A DNA stretch of 63,846 bases, the filler included. It is 11 parts of 11 records of this genome, joined end to end, with 100 filler letters (N's around TTAATTAATTAA, not from the genome) between each part and the next. Parts side by side here need not be neighbours in the genome. Positions count along the whole stretch, not along the records: positions 5,564 to 14,542 come from SRR15195285_2717; positions 14,643 to 26,926 come from SRR15195285_2726; 9 more parts are not named here. One strand, written 5' to 3'. The position numbers were made by a program, and so were the translations under genes. The notes beneath the pieces are model-generated. The model was not told the DNA's origin and did not search any database. It saw only the letters and a list, made by a program, of their open reading frames with translations. Positions 10,783-23,300 of this stretch are shown here, one piece after another. How positions within the stretch are numbered: position 1 is the stretch's first letter; every line of letters begins with the position of its first letter.

Positions 10783-13700
10783 TCAACACGAGGACGCTGG
10801 GACCACCGGCAAGCGGTTGACATGGTAGTGCCAGTTCACTGGCGCTGTGCCAGAACAGCGTTCACCCTTTTCGCAGACAACTTTGCACGAGCTTCCCCCA
10901 GAGGCGAAGAACTCACCGACTCTCTGCACCGCTGTCAACCCTTCTGTCTGCAACCACACACGCAGAAAGCAACTGAGGCATGCCCTTGTCTCTCATGCAG
11001 CTTGTTTCAAGGGAGCCGTAGGCGAGCATGATTATCCCAGCACGCACCAGGTGTCCACGAGCTCCACACCCCTCTGACTCTTCCTCGAAGTCGTGCCACA
11101 TCCCTTCAAAGACCTCCACCTGCACTGCCGCACCAGCGGCCTGTGCCGCTTGTGCGAACATCAGGTTATCCCCGAGCAGAATGTCACGCGAGCCGATGAC
11201 GAGCATCATCGGGGGCAGTTCGGCAAGTAGATACGGCGGTGACGACATCGGATTGACTATCGGCATATTGTATGGCATGTCGGGCCCAGTATAATGCCGC
11301 GCATCACAAAATGCTGACATCCGGGCCCACCCTGGCGGCTCAACCTCAACAGGATCACCAGTACCATAGCAGCTGCCATCGCACCAGCGTAGAGACTCAT
11401 ATGTCGGGGAGGAAGCGGTGAAGTCTAACCAGGCAGAGAATGTCGCTGCGCCCGAGATGCTGACGTTCAACGATTTGTTGGCCAACCGGTGATGCGCAAT
11501 CCAGAGCAGTGTCTCTGCAACGATTGTGCCACCTGATGAGTCACCATAAAGAAAGATATCCGAAGCTCCTTTCGCCGTCAGCCACTGACATGCTTGCACT
11601 ATGTCGCGGATGCCGTCTGGGTACTGCGCAGCAGACCGATAGTCGACAGCAAGAACACCCATGCCGGCGGCTTTGGCCACGTGGGACGAAAGAAAGCCGT
11701 AGCCGCCATTGATGTTATTGTAATAGCGAAAGTCTCCACCGTGTACGTACACCACCCAAGGCTTGTCCAAGATGATCTGCCGCTCCCACTCGTCTGTAAG
11801 GGCCCCGCCAGAACACACCATTTTGTTGCATCCAGTGTCAGAGCGTGGGTGGCAGGAGCACCCACACCGACCAACTCGTCGCCAGGTTGATCCATCATGC
11901 CAGGTCACCTTGAAGAACGTCGGGTTGAACGTCCCGTTCGATATCACTGTGTTGTCGTACTCGATTGAAACGAAGCCATCCTGTCGCACCACCAAAGTTG
12001 CGGCATGCCACGCCCCTCCCTTTTTGCCCACATTCGTTGGGTCACAATCACCATTGGCTCCACCTGTGATGCAAAGAAGCTCGAAGCGTCCAGGAGGCCC
12101 TTGCGCAGTAATCATGAAGCGATCTTCTGCTGCGTTTCCAGATGTCCATTCGCCGCTGATGTCACCTTTCTGGCGTTTGGTGTGATTGTAAGGAAAGAAA
12201 AACCAAGCATCCCCTCGGTGCGACTGCTTGCCGCCACCCGATCCGTCGTGCCAAGCACGAGGAAACTCTCCAGGCCTCTTGCCTTGGGCATTTGCTGGCA
12301 ATCTTCCAGTCATTAACAGTCACACGAGCAGCAGTGAAAAAGGCCAACCGTGCACAAAATATATCCACGTAGATGCATGGTGTGGCTCTCACAGCTAGAG
12401 AATGTATGGGTAGACTTGGTGTATACACTGGAGCTGACTTACGAGGCGCAGTCAACTGCTTGGCTCATATCTTCATCCATCCACACCTGGTCATGACCAC
12501 TGGTCCACAACTGTTCGCAATAGGACGCCGAATCATCTCTGATCGGGTATCCACTGATTGCTGATTCGTCCGGGTAAGCTGTTGCTGTAGTCGAGGCCAG
12601 ATTGCACGTAGTTGCTCCGTTCGTCTTGTCGTAGGTGATCGTCCAGGCCCTGCAGTTCGTATTACGTGTAGAAGAGCTCGAGCTGTTTAAGCACGCTGCA
12701 CAGCATAGATCGAACTCGCGTTCGTTCTTGCGATACCACACCGAGCGATCCGTCCAGTGAATCATCGAGAAGTTGCTGTTGAAGCTACCACTAGCTCTTT
12801 GGCCGTTGTCGTAAATCGCCATCATATGGCCAGATGAAACGTTTAGAGTGCCGTTGGCGGTGTGCCAGCGGCCACCCTCCGTGCCGAATGCATTGCATGT
12901 GCTCCATCCAGGATTGTCGGATGCGCCACCCGGTCCACCATCGATACACGTGAGCGTCCAGTTGAACATAGTGCTCTGATGCGACTCAGAAAGCCTGAGA
13001 ACGTACTTGTCATCCTGAACAGAGCCGTCAGTGCCGAAGCACGACCAGAGACCACTCACGTTCGCGTTATTGTGCGCACACGGCAGTGACAAGTTTTCAT
13101 TCTGCCAGGTCGGCAGGACGAATGAGTGTATTGGGTCGTGTTCGGTCTTGTATTGAGGTGTTATGAAGCTATAATGATGAAAGTACCGACAGGTGGTGTC
13201 AGGGTTGCCCAGACCGCCGCCAGTGAGGTTGCCTACACGAGGTGGCGGAGTTTCCTTCCATGCACAGCTGAGATGGCCGTTCTGGTTGCGGACCATCGAC
13301 CCTGGCTGGCATGCATCCAGTGAAATTGAAGTGCGCTGCCCAGTGATTGGAACCCGCGACCAGCTGATAACCCCCTGGCCGGTCGACCAGTTGGCAACAG
13401 TGTAATTGGCATCAAAGTTGCCGTGTATAACCTGCTGATTGTCGAGATATAGCGTCGCCTGTCCGGTTGGCACGTGAGCCGTCCCTCGCCCGGAGCGCCA
13501 CACCGTTCCGTTTTTGCCAGGCACATTTGGGTTGCAGCACATGTCGTACCCGCCATCTAGGCACAGTATCGTAAACCCCGTCACATTGGGGCTCAACGCC
13601 TGTACTCTCAGCTGAATACGCCCGCCACCTGGTATCCCATTGTTGAGCGCATTCGTCCACAGTCCTGTGACGTTCCCGCGTGGCGCAAGAGGTCGGGCGG

Positions 13701-14298
13701 ACGGATCCACCACATCGGTGGGGTAGCAGAGGCATGTCAGCGAGTTCGCCAGTCGGACGCAATCGGTACACGTCTCAGCGTAAGAACCGTTCGGCAGGCC
13801 TGTCCATACCGGCCGCTCGGCCTTCGGGCATTCTCGAGTCGCTGCAGGCGGAGTGGGCGCTGCCGCATTTCTTGCCAAGTCACCCCGTGGCCAGGAGAGC
13901 TGTGGTGGGTCGGCAGCTGCGGGTTTCGCCTGGCGCTCTCGTGGTGGCATTGTGACGCCTGTAGCGCCCGTAGCCTCTGCGAGCTGCGCCTCAAGCTCCC
14001 GCGTGCGCGCTTGCTCTGCAAGCAGCGCCACGCGCAGCCGATCGACCTCTGCTTGCAGCGCGCTGGCCGACCCCCCGCCAGCATCAGCCGCCGCCGGCCC
14101 GGGCGCAGGCGACAGCCCCGCCTGCGATGCACACACAGCAAGAAGTGCACGGTTAGTGCAAGCGAGTGCGAACCGTCCTAGCACGGCTTGCTCCTCACCT
14201 GCACGGTGAGCGCCGCGGCATACAGCGCCACCGCCGCCCACATCCAGTGTCGACCCACGCGGCGGCAGGACGGCATCCGTTAGGCGCCAGTCCGGCAC
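10783..14298 (-). CDS. Multidomain HSL-family (Abhydrolase_3) esterase with CVNH-like, PAN/apple-like and three copies of an unnamed module; start uncertain
   Basis: VYVHGG, AVDYR, GDSSGG and GMWHDF motifs. ORFs 12439-14298 and 10913-12313 are joined by an intron (~12304-12442). A terminal exon TEGLTAVQRVGEFF...SSC* follows an intron at ~10948-11047. Confidence 0.8.
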
Positions 14299-14542
14299 CG
14301 GCGCGGCGCTTCGGCCTTCGGGCCCGCGCCCCGGGCACGAGCAGGCACCACGGCGCCGGGGCGCCGCCGCGCGGCGGGCGCGCGCACGCGTCAGCGATCA
14401 GCGCGCGATCATCAGGCACTGAGGCAGGTGGCGGCCGGCGGCGTCGCGGGCACCAGCGCGATACTGGCCAGCCGAAACGTGATTTGGCGGTCTTTGCAAG
14501 CAGCACCTTCCCCTGGTGGCTAATTCGATCGATGAGCCGGAC

Positions 14543-14642
14543 NNNNNNNNNNNNNNNNNNNNNNNNNNNNNNNNNNNNNNNNNNNNTTAATTAATTAANN
14601 NNNNNNNNNNNNNNNNNNNNNNNNNNNNNNNNNNNNNNNNNN
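14543..14642. other. Artificial contig linker
   Basis: N44-TTAATTAATTAA-N44. Confidence 0.98.
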
Positions 14643-14643
14643 G

Positions 14644-17106
14644 GAGCCGGAGCCGGAGCCGGAACCAGAGCCGGCAACGCGCGGACGTTCCGTTTCAGAG
14701 TCGTCGCCTCGAGCGATGCGACGTGCGGGTGCAATGGGCAAGTCCATGCGAGAGCGCAGGCGCTCTTCCATCCAGATGCAGCAGAGTTTGGCTAACCTGG
14801 AGAGCATGTTCACTGACCTGAAGGGCGACGTCGTCAGCACTAGCCAGGAGTCGAAGACGAACATCCACCTTGTTGAGCAGGCTCGACGGATGTCGATGGC
14901 GAAAGCTCAGCAGACTGCCCTTTTAGGGCAGGACCAGGAGCTTGATGCAATGCTCCAGGAGTTGGACGAGGCCGAGGATGAAGACGTGGCTACGCCGTTG
15001 AAACTCGAAGTTGCTGTGGCTGAAGAGGATGCAGAGCCAGAGCCGATGAGCTTCTTCACTGGAGCATTGGTCGCCACAGCAGCCACGAAGTGGGCGCACC
15101 TGTCACCGTCCAGACTGGACATCTCAGCGTCGCCACGCGAGGAGGAGGACGACGAACGGGAGTCACCAAGCCCAAGCCCTCCGATGTCTCCAGAAGCTGG
15201 AGATGGCCTCAGCGCCTGGGAGCAGGAGGCTGAGCTCGCGGCTGAGCTGGCAGCCGAGGAGGATGAACTACGTCGACTGGAGCACGCAGAGGAAGTGGCA
15301 CGGGAGCAGGCAGCACGGCAAGCCAAAAAGAAAAAGCAGGAGCAGAAGAGGCGCAAGCAAGCGCACGCAGCTGCTGCGCGCGCCGAGGCAGAGAAAGCTG
15401 CTGCTCGCAACGCAGAGGCGGCCGCCGCGCGCGAGATCGAAGAAGCCGCCGAGGCCAAGCGGAAGGACGCAGAGCGAAGACGAAATCTGCAGAAAGATAA
15501 ACAGAGGCGCCAACGGCGCGAAAAGGAACAGCGTGCAGCGGCTGCCGCGGCTGCTGCGCTCCGGGAGCAGGAAGAGCAGAACGCTCTGGCAGAACTCGAG
15601 GTTGCTGAAGCCAAGCGCAGAGAAGAGCAGAAGCGCAGAGAGAGTGCTCGTAAGGCGGAGCTGAAACAACGACAACGCGCCAAAGCACAGCGCGAAGCTG
15701 CTAAGGTGGCCGCTGCGGAGGCTGATGCAAAACGTCGGGAAGAACAGGAGAGGTATGCCGCCGTCGCGGCTGCGACAGATGGACCAGGGCGAACAGGCAG
15801 TGGTGGCCTCACGCGAGCCGCGGAGGCGGCCCTCGCAGCAAGGCTGTCGGCGCAGAAGCCAGTGCCGTCAGAAGACACTTCGCCAAAATCCTGCAGCGGC
15901 TCTCCTTCACAGCGGCGAGCACAACGTGAACACGCCGCTAGACTGGCAACCAGGAGCTGCCCCGAAGTAGTCGAGGAGGCGGAGCCGCCACGGGGTGCCG
16001 CGACTGCTGGGTTTTGGGATGCCTTTGTTGCCCGCAACGACAAGCTGATTGAGGACAGGGACGAGAAACACCGCGAGCGTATGCTGTCGGTCTGCTTGGC
16101 ACGCCAATCGCACGTCAGCGAGGAGGAGATTGCAGAATTCAAAAAGCTGATCGAGCTCAACCCAAAAGAGTTTGCTGAGTTTCTGGCGACCAACGCGAAA
16201 TTCGAACGCGAGTGGAAGAAGTCTTTGGGCACTGGCAATCATCACGACACTGCTGACACAGCATCATCGCATGGTTGGAATTCGGACGGGATTTCACCCG
16301 TAGCAGCAAGGAATGTTTATCGTCACGCACCTGTGGGCTTGAGCCACCATGGCACACGGACTTTGAGCCAGGTCGGCATGCGCGTCTTCAAGGTGGTTGC
16401 TCCGAAGATCGCTGTGCGCTCGCATTACACACTAGACTCCCCCAAGGTCGGTTCCCTTGCCCAGGGCGATACTATCATTGTAACTGATCGTAGACGAATT
16501 CGAGTGACCGTAGATGGAGCTGTCTCGAGTGACGACGACGAGGCGCTGAGCGTCACGGGCACATCACTGATTGAGCGCTTGCACTGCCTGAGTGGATGGG
16601 TGTCGGCGACTTCGACTGAAACAGGCGTCGCGCTTGTAGAGGAGGATCGGGATGCAACAGCTCGAACACAACTCGTCTCTGGGGTACAGCAGCTGGAGAG
16701 CCGAATGCGTCCAATCAAGAAACGCAAGGCATCCATCAACCACTTTGTGGCGCGGCAGGAGAGGGCGGCCGAAATTGCCGCAGCCCAAATCGCAGCGAAG
16801 CGAGCCGCAGCCGAGTCCGAGGAGCTAGCCGAAGTGAAAGCACCAAATGGTCGGGTATACAGGAAGGCAGCTGATGTGAGCGAGTCGGTGCTAAAGCCTA
16901 CGAAGTCATTCGAAGCCATGATGCAGGAGAGGGAAGCACGACAGCAACAGCAGGCGATCGAGGCTGCTCGTGAACAGGCGCTACTTAGCCCAAGTTCGAG
17001 CCCGAGTAAAAGCCCAGGACGCTCAGCACCTGTCAATTCTCCAATGCCTTCTACTATTGCTGTCGCTACTTCGGCGCGCCACGAACTGGAAGATTCAGCT
17101 GCATAG
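14644..17106 (+). CDS. Coiled-coil protein with EPEP repeat and an SH3b-like domain (probably 5'-partial)
   Basis: Open frame from the contig edge (EPEPEPEPE), long E/A/R/K helices, and FKVV...VR...LDSPKVGSL..GD.I.V...RL....GWVS SH3-like segment. Confidence 0.7.
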   Translation, partial: EPEPEPEPEPATRGRSVSESSPRAMRRAGAMGKSMRERRRSSIQMQQSLANLESMFTDLKGDVVSTSQESKTNIHLVEQARRMSMAKAQQTALLGQDQELDAMLQELDEAEDEDVATPLKLEVAVAEEDAEPEPMSFFTGALVATAATKWAHLSPSRLDISASPREEEDDERESPSPSPPMSPEAGDGLSAWEQEAELAAELAAEEDELRRLEHAEEVAREQAARQAKKKKQEQKRRKQAHAAAARAEAEKAAARNAEAAAAREIEEAAEAKRKDAERRRNLQKDKQRRQRREKEQRAAAAAAAALREQEEQNALAELEVAEAKRREEQKRRESARKAELKQRQRAKAQREAAKVAAAEADAKRREEQERYAAVAAATDGPGRTGSGGLTRAAEAALAARLSAQKPVPSEDTSPKSCSGSPSQRRAQREHAARLATRSCPEVVEEAEPPRGAATAGFWDAFVARNDKLIEDRDEKHRERMLSVCLARQSHVSEEEIAEFKKLIELNPKEFAEFLATNAKFEREWKKSLGTGNHHDTADTASSHGWNSDGISPVAARNVYRHAPVGLSHHGTRTLSQVGMRVFKVVAPKIAVRSHYTLDSPKVGSLAQGDTIIVTDRRRIRVTVDGAVSSDDDEALSVTGTSLIERLHCLSGWVSATSTETGVALVEEDRDATARTQLVSGVQQLESRMRPIKKRKASINHFVARQERAAEIAAAQIAAKRAAAESEELAEVKAPNGRVYRKAADVSESVLKPTKSFEAMMQEREARQQQQAIEAAREQALLSPSSSPSKSPGRSAPVNSPMPSTIAVATSARHELEDSAA

Positions 17107-17349
17107 TGCCGTTTGGAGATTTCTGTAAGGGCAGCGGCATGGTCAGGCGGGCATCTGGGTTGGCATAGAATGTTGGAACTGGACCACCGGACCTATCGGT
17201 GCTAGTATTTGGTTTGGTAATTTAGCCAACTTTATTGATCGAACAGCCGTTTAAGCGTGAAAAGGACTCAGCAGAAAGGACTGCTTTTAAGTCCCACACA
17301 TTTAGCTATTGCCTAGTGCGAATGACCGCGAGCCGAAGTCACAGCCACG

Positions 17350-20300
17350 TTAATGGCCTCCTCCCGGCGGTGGCGGGGTAGGCGCGTACCCGGGGATGGT
17401 GTCAGAGCCGAGGTGCACACGCTCACCACGGCCAGAAGCAGAACAGATGAAGGCCATCGGCGCCTCACCGTTGGCCCAGTCGTGGATGCCGTGGTTGAAG
17501 TGTCCAGCATCCTGCGAGTCTCCGTCGCAAGTACGGCTGTCAACGGCCGTGTTGAAGTCGGCCTGACAGATCGGCGGATAGAACACGCCAACGGTCTCGT
17601 CGGTTCCTTGCAGGCCGTCAAAGGAGTGCGCCAACAAAAAGTCCGTGTCCACACGCGAGCCATCAGCCCATTCCCAGTTTCCTGCACCGTCGGATCTCAG
17701 GCCGAGCATGAGAGGCTGAGTGTAGTGCTGGCTGATGTCTGCGATGCGGTCATAGTCTGCCTGCGTGTGTATCGAGGCCAGATCACCACCGTAGTAGTCG
17801 TGGCAGAATGTTCTGGCTTCGTCGTAGGTCCGGCCGAGGCCAATGGCATACTGACCTTGCGCAGCGTACAGCTCGCACACGAAGCCGGACATCACCCAGC
17901 TGTTGCAGCAGTCGTTAAAGCCACCAGAACCGGCGGTGGAGTCACCTGCGTTGAAAACTAGGTGGATCTCGTCAGTGCCGGCCAGCTGATCGTTTGAGTG
18001 GCTGCGCATAAACTGCATGTCGTGTGCGTTGAGTCTGGTGCCGTCGGTCCACTCCCAGTTGCCCTGTCCATCTGAGTGCATGCCGAGCATGTAGTGCTCG
18101 GTAACGACTCCAGTGATTAGGTGGTTCAAAGCATCATATTCATCCTGATTGGTAACAGACGCCAGCTGCCCGCCGTACTTGTCTTGACAGATACGGTCCG
18201 CGTCAGCGAAGCCGCAAGTCGTCGGGTTGGTGTTCTCGCCACCAACATCAGCCTGGTAGCCTTCGCACCACCCGACAGAGAATACTCGCTCGACTGAGCC
18301 GCACGAGTTCGCAAGCAAGTAAGCAATGCTTTGGCCGCCACTAGTCAGGAAGTTCTGCACGCGCTGGCACTGTGGAGACACATGCATGTGGACATTACCC
18401 CCGCCGTGTGCTGCAGAGTTTACCCCACTGAGGATTGCATGCTGGTCATCTTCATCGTGACAATCTGCGATCGTCAAGGCTTCGTTACCAGCGCCGTTTT
18501 CAATGCCTATAATTGGAATGGCATACTCATTGGCGTTGTAGGCCATGCTTTCGTACTGGAAGCGCATGGCACCGTTTTCGTACAGCACCACCTCGAATGT
18601 GCTTGTGCCAGGTGGGGCGCTTGCACCGCAGCAGTGTGGCACGTCCTTCCATTCGATGACAAAGAAGTCCTCATCGATCTTGCACGGGCCGCGGCCGCCG
18701 TTGTCTCGGCAGAGCGGCACAGGCGTTCCAGCAGCAGTCACCGCATCGGATGCAGCGATCGCGTGGTAGCAGCACGAAAACTCTCCACCTGGCCGCGACT
18801 CGCATCCTTCGCCGCCGCAGGTACCGCAGGTGAGCGCGCAGCAGGCGGCACCGTCAGCGATGCCAAACTTGCATGACCCAGTGTTGGCACCATTTAGTGA
18901 CGAGCCATCCACGTATTTGGTGTAGATGTGGCCACCGTTCGTCATGTCGAGGTCGGACCAGAACGGGTAAATTGCGTCGTTGGGAACGCGCGCGTCAGGG
19001 ATCGAGTGAGTGTTGCCGTATGCGGTGTGCTCACCACTGAATGTCAAGTAACCGTTGGTCGAGATGAGAGCACGGCGCTTCTGCTGGCCAAAGAACGGGA
19101 ACGGGAAAGGTAGCTCAACCTCAAAGAACGCATCGTCCAAGCCAGCATCCTGGCCAGCAATCTGCCCAGTGGTGGCGCCGCGGCGCATCTGTTCCAGGGT
19201 CGGCTCAATGCCATCGATGGATGCATCAATCCAATCATATGCAACGTGCTCGACCTCGCACTGCGACCAGCACAGCTCAGAATGCCAAACGCGGCCGAAG
19301 CCTTTCCCCCAAGTGTTGAAGTGGTACCAAGCCGAGTGCTGGTCATCTGACACAAACGGGTAGTCGTGAAGGTACCGGTCAGCTGCCTGCTTGCAGTTCT
19401 TGAACGTGTGCATCGACTCATAGCGGCAGTACACATCGTCGTGGTCGGTCGCCTCGCTGGTCCAGATCCAATTTGCGTTCGGGGAAACTGCGTCGTGCGG
19501 AACATGCGGCACACCGTGCGTTGTTGTGTATTCCCCCCACGGGTTATCGTCGCTATTTGCCCGGCCGTAGTTCTTGGCTTTCTCCCAGTTCGAATCGTCG
19601 TAGCCGACCTGGTTCCAGTTCGCTGGCACAGCGTAGCCGTTGGCCACGTCGTTGGCGACGCACTTCCAAGCCTGGTTGGTAATGATCACTTCGTTGCAGT
19701 GCTGGATCGAGCCGACGATTCCACCAACACCGTCGTTGCCCTGCTCACTGACCTCGTAGTCCTCGGCATGAATGGCGTACACAGTCGGACGATCGCACGG
19801 CTCAGTGAATGTGAAGGTGTTGGTCACATCCCAGCCAGTCACGGACGGGTCGTTGATCTGCTGGCCGTTGACAAAGAAAGTGCCCGTGTTGTCGAAGTTG
19901 CCGCGCCAGTGACCAAGCTCGGACGCGCCGTTCGGGAAAACTTCCAGCGTGTCAAGGTTGGGACCCGAGTTGCTCATGGCCGTCAGAGTGATGACGTTTG
20001 TGCCAGAGACAAGGTCGGCGCGGTGGGTGACCGTTCCCCAGCGCTCCCAGCTACCAGTAGCAGGGAAGTGGATCTCAAACTCAGTCCGGCCTCCCTGACC
20101 AGCGGCTCCACCGTTCACAGTCACCATCAGCGGGCGGCTGGGTTGGTCTGATGCCAGAGAATAGGTGAACTCCAGGATGTGGCGACCGGCCTGGCACTGC
20201 TTTAGAGTGAAGGTCACAGAGTCACCTGTCGGGTTAATGAAGTCCACGAAGCCTTGTCCATAATGGTCACCGTGGTTGATCGCGACCTGCGCGCCAACGA

Positions 20301-23300
20301 GCTCAGCCATGGAGGCATCGTGCTTCCCGACGCACTTATTGGAGCACAGATTGTCCTGGCACATTGCACCGCGGAACGGGTCCTGAATATTGCTGGCAGT
20401 GCCCTCACGGTTGCCACCGTGCCCGGCGAGGCCAGTCTGGGTAACAACGCCGCTTGTGTAGTCACAGTGAGATTCCATCTCGATGGGAGAGCACACGTTG
20501 CAGAGCTCCTCGTGCCATACCATCCCCTGACGCTTACCAACGTCCAGGTAGTGCTGCCAGGCGGGGAAGCCTTGGCTCTTCACCCACGGGTGCTCGTGCA
20601 GGTACTCAGCTTGGGCGGCAGGGCAGTTCATCTCTGCATTCGGCTGCGTGAAGCGGCAGAATATGTGGTCGTGCGCGTTCGGATCGCTTGACCAGATCCA
20701 ATGCGCTTTCTCCGATATGCCCGGGCGCGCCCTCCAGGGAGCTACGCCGTTCGGCCCGAGATCAGAAGCCGATGCCCAGGTCGAATCATCGAAGCCCGGC
20801 ATCTCCCAGAAGTTAGTCGAGATGCGGTAGATGCTATTGCGCCATGTGCCACCGCACATTACACTCGCATCCCCAGTGCAAGGGGCGTCGCAGTCTGCCT
20901 CCGTCAGCTGGCCTTGCGTCATCGCGTTTGCATTGTCGCAGAAGCACTGATTGCCATACTGGAGGCCGAAGTACGCGAAGCCAGCACAGAGGGTAGCGCA
21001 CGTGTCCGGGGTTCCGTTCTCACCCATGTCGAAAAACTCCATGTCGCCGCCAACGGAGGCCTGAATTCCTTGCATGTCACGATCAGGGCTGTCAGTGAAG
21101 CACCCAACATACTCTGTCTGAAGCGGGTTGGTGAAAGTCGCGGACTGGCAGAGCGGAAATTCCGGATTATTGCCGCCGTCACCACCAACTTGGTTATCGT
21201 TCCACTCTCCGTTGCGGAACTCGGAGGTCTCACAGCCATTGTTCTGGTTCGCAGCATATGCGCTGCCCGTACAGCGACCGATGAGGCGGAAGTCCATCTC
21301 AACGAAATCTTCGTCAGCACCATGGATGTCGTTCGGTTCGCCAGGAGCCCAGGATTGATAATTCACGACACTTCCATCCGACCAGCTGAGACGCGCCTGC
21401 GTGGCCTCGTCGTTCAACCCGATCCAGCAGCCGTGTGGAGTGACACCGTCTTCAAAAAACTGAATCTCCTTCGCTCCGACGTTGCCGGTGTTCGCGTCGT
21501 AGCCCTCTGGTGGTGTGGAGCCCTGCGGGTACTTCACAGTATCAAAGGTGATTTTGACGAAGCTTGTGATCTTCGGTGGGGAGATCTGGTAGGTAACGAT
21601 GTCCGGTACCTGATTGAGCTGCACTTGCTGCGTGGAGCCATCGGAGAACTGTAGTGTGGCAGCGGTGGCCCAGTCGACCTCCGCCCAGCGCTGCTGGAAG
21701 GCCATCGATCCGATGTTGATTTGCCCATCAAAGTTGAGCTGGATCCATCCCCCAAACTCTGACGCAGTTGCCCACTCACCCTCGTCCCGAGCGCCGTTGT
21801 TGTCGTATGCCCTGTCGCAGCTGTACTGATCACTGAATTCGCTCGAAGCGGTGCAGCTCGTGATCGGAACCTCATCAGTGGTGACAAGCGCACCGCACGC
21901 CTGCCTAGCCAGGTCTTGCTCTTCCGCCGAGTGAATCGAAGCCAGTCCACCGAAGTTCTGAGTGCAGTACTGATTGGCTTGATCCCAGTTCATCGGAGTG
22001 TCGACAGCGTGGAATGTGCGCTCCGCTCCGAGAGCAAACGGAGTGACTGGAGAGCATTTCCACTGTGTTGAAGAAACTATGGAGCTGCCGCAGTGATCGA
22101 TCTCGGCCAGCAGCGCCGCGACGCCCTCTGAGTCGACAGCCTCGATGGCAAAGGCTGTCGGCGTATGGCAGGTGCGGTAGAAGCCCCAGCTGTCAGTACG
22201 GACCCACCCGTCCGCTTCGTACTGTGGGTCATCAACGGCGAGCGCGGCTCCTCCAGCACCAACGCGATCGCCATTGATGTACAGAATGTAGCCATTGTCA
22301 GCTGTGATGTGAACGTGCCCGTACGACTTCGCGACCTCACCGGTTGGCGTTCCAGCCTGAACCTCAATGCGGTCCAGGTTAAGGCCGGAGCTTGGGCCAG
22401 ACGGATCGCTTGGGTCTTTGGCAGTCTCAAATGTGATGGTGTTGTGACCCACGTTCAGGTTTACCTGCGTATCTCGCGCGCGCCAGTTGCAGGCAGGTCC
22501 CTGGCAGCCAGCTGACCCCCAGCCACCAGTGCTCGGCAAGTTCAAGATGCCCGGGTGAGCCATTCCTTGTGCCACGGTTCCCTGTGTCTCGGCCGGGGCA
22601 CCGTTGACGTACACCCGCACTGGCGAGTTGTTGCCGTTCTGGTAACGGAGGTTGACTGAAGCGGCACCCGCAGCACAGCCGCTCAGGTGAAATGTAGCCC
22701 TATCACCCATGCCGTTCTGGAAGTCGACGTAGCCGTTGCCGTACGCGCCTTCGCGCCCGTCGCAGCCACCGGCATCAACAGTGCCGAAGTTGTTGTGATC
22801 GTTCGTGCAGACGACCGGCCCCTGGAGCACTGCCTCCGTGGCATCGAAGAAGCCAGAGCACTGTTCCGGCAAGCAAACTACCCAGTCGCCTTCGTTGCCC
22901 CAGCCAGTGGCAACCGCTGCGAGCTGAATGTCAAGAATCTCATTGGGGTCTTGCCACTGCATGAACACGTTGAACCCGGGGATGTTTCCAGCACCAAGCC
23001 GAATCAAGCCATTGGCAGCGCTGGCCCAGAACTGGCGGAAGTCGTTCTCATTCAGGTAGCCAGTGGTGTCGGTCACCGCATGATTCTCGCCTTGGGCTGC
23101 TTCCCGGATGACAGACTGAGTGCCGCCCCAACCAGACAGTACGACTTCGTACTGCGGACCATGGCCGGACGCGCTACCGCCTTGGGAGGTGTCTTCGAAG
23201 AATCCGATATGAGCGTCATTGTGTGCACGGACGGAGAACGTGATAGCCTTGTCTGGGTCAAGAGGCTGGCTGAAGAAGTCGTATTCGTACGCATCGCTGG

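Noticed and set aside
14907-16238. Long antisense ORFs (also 19366-20151, 20701-21654, 22687-23610, 41100-42227)
   Set aside because: They are shadow frames of GC-rich coding genes on the opposite strand and carry no independent motifs.
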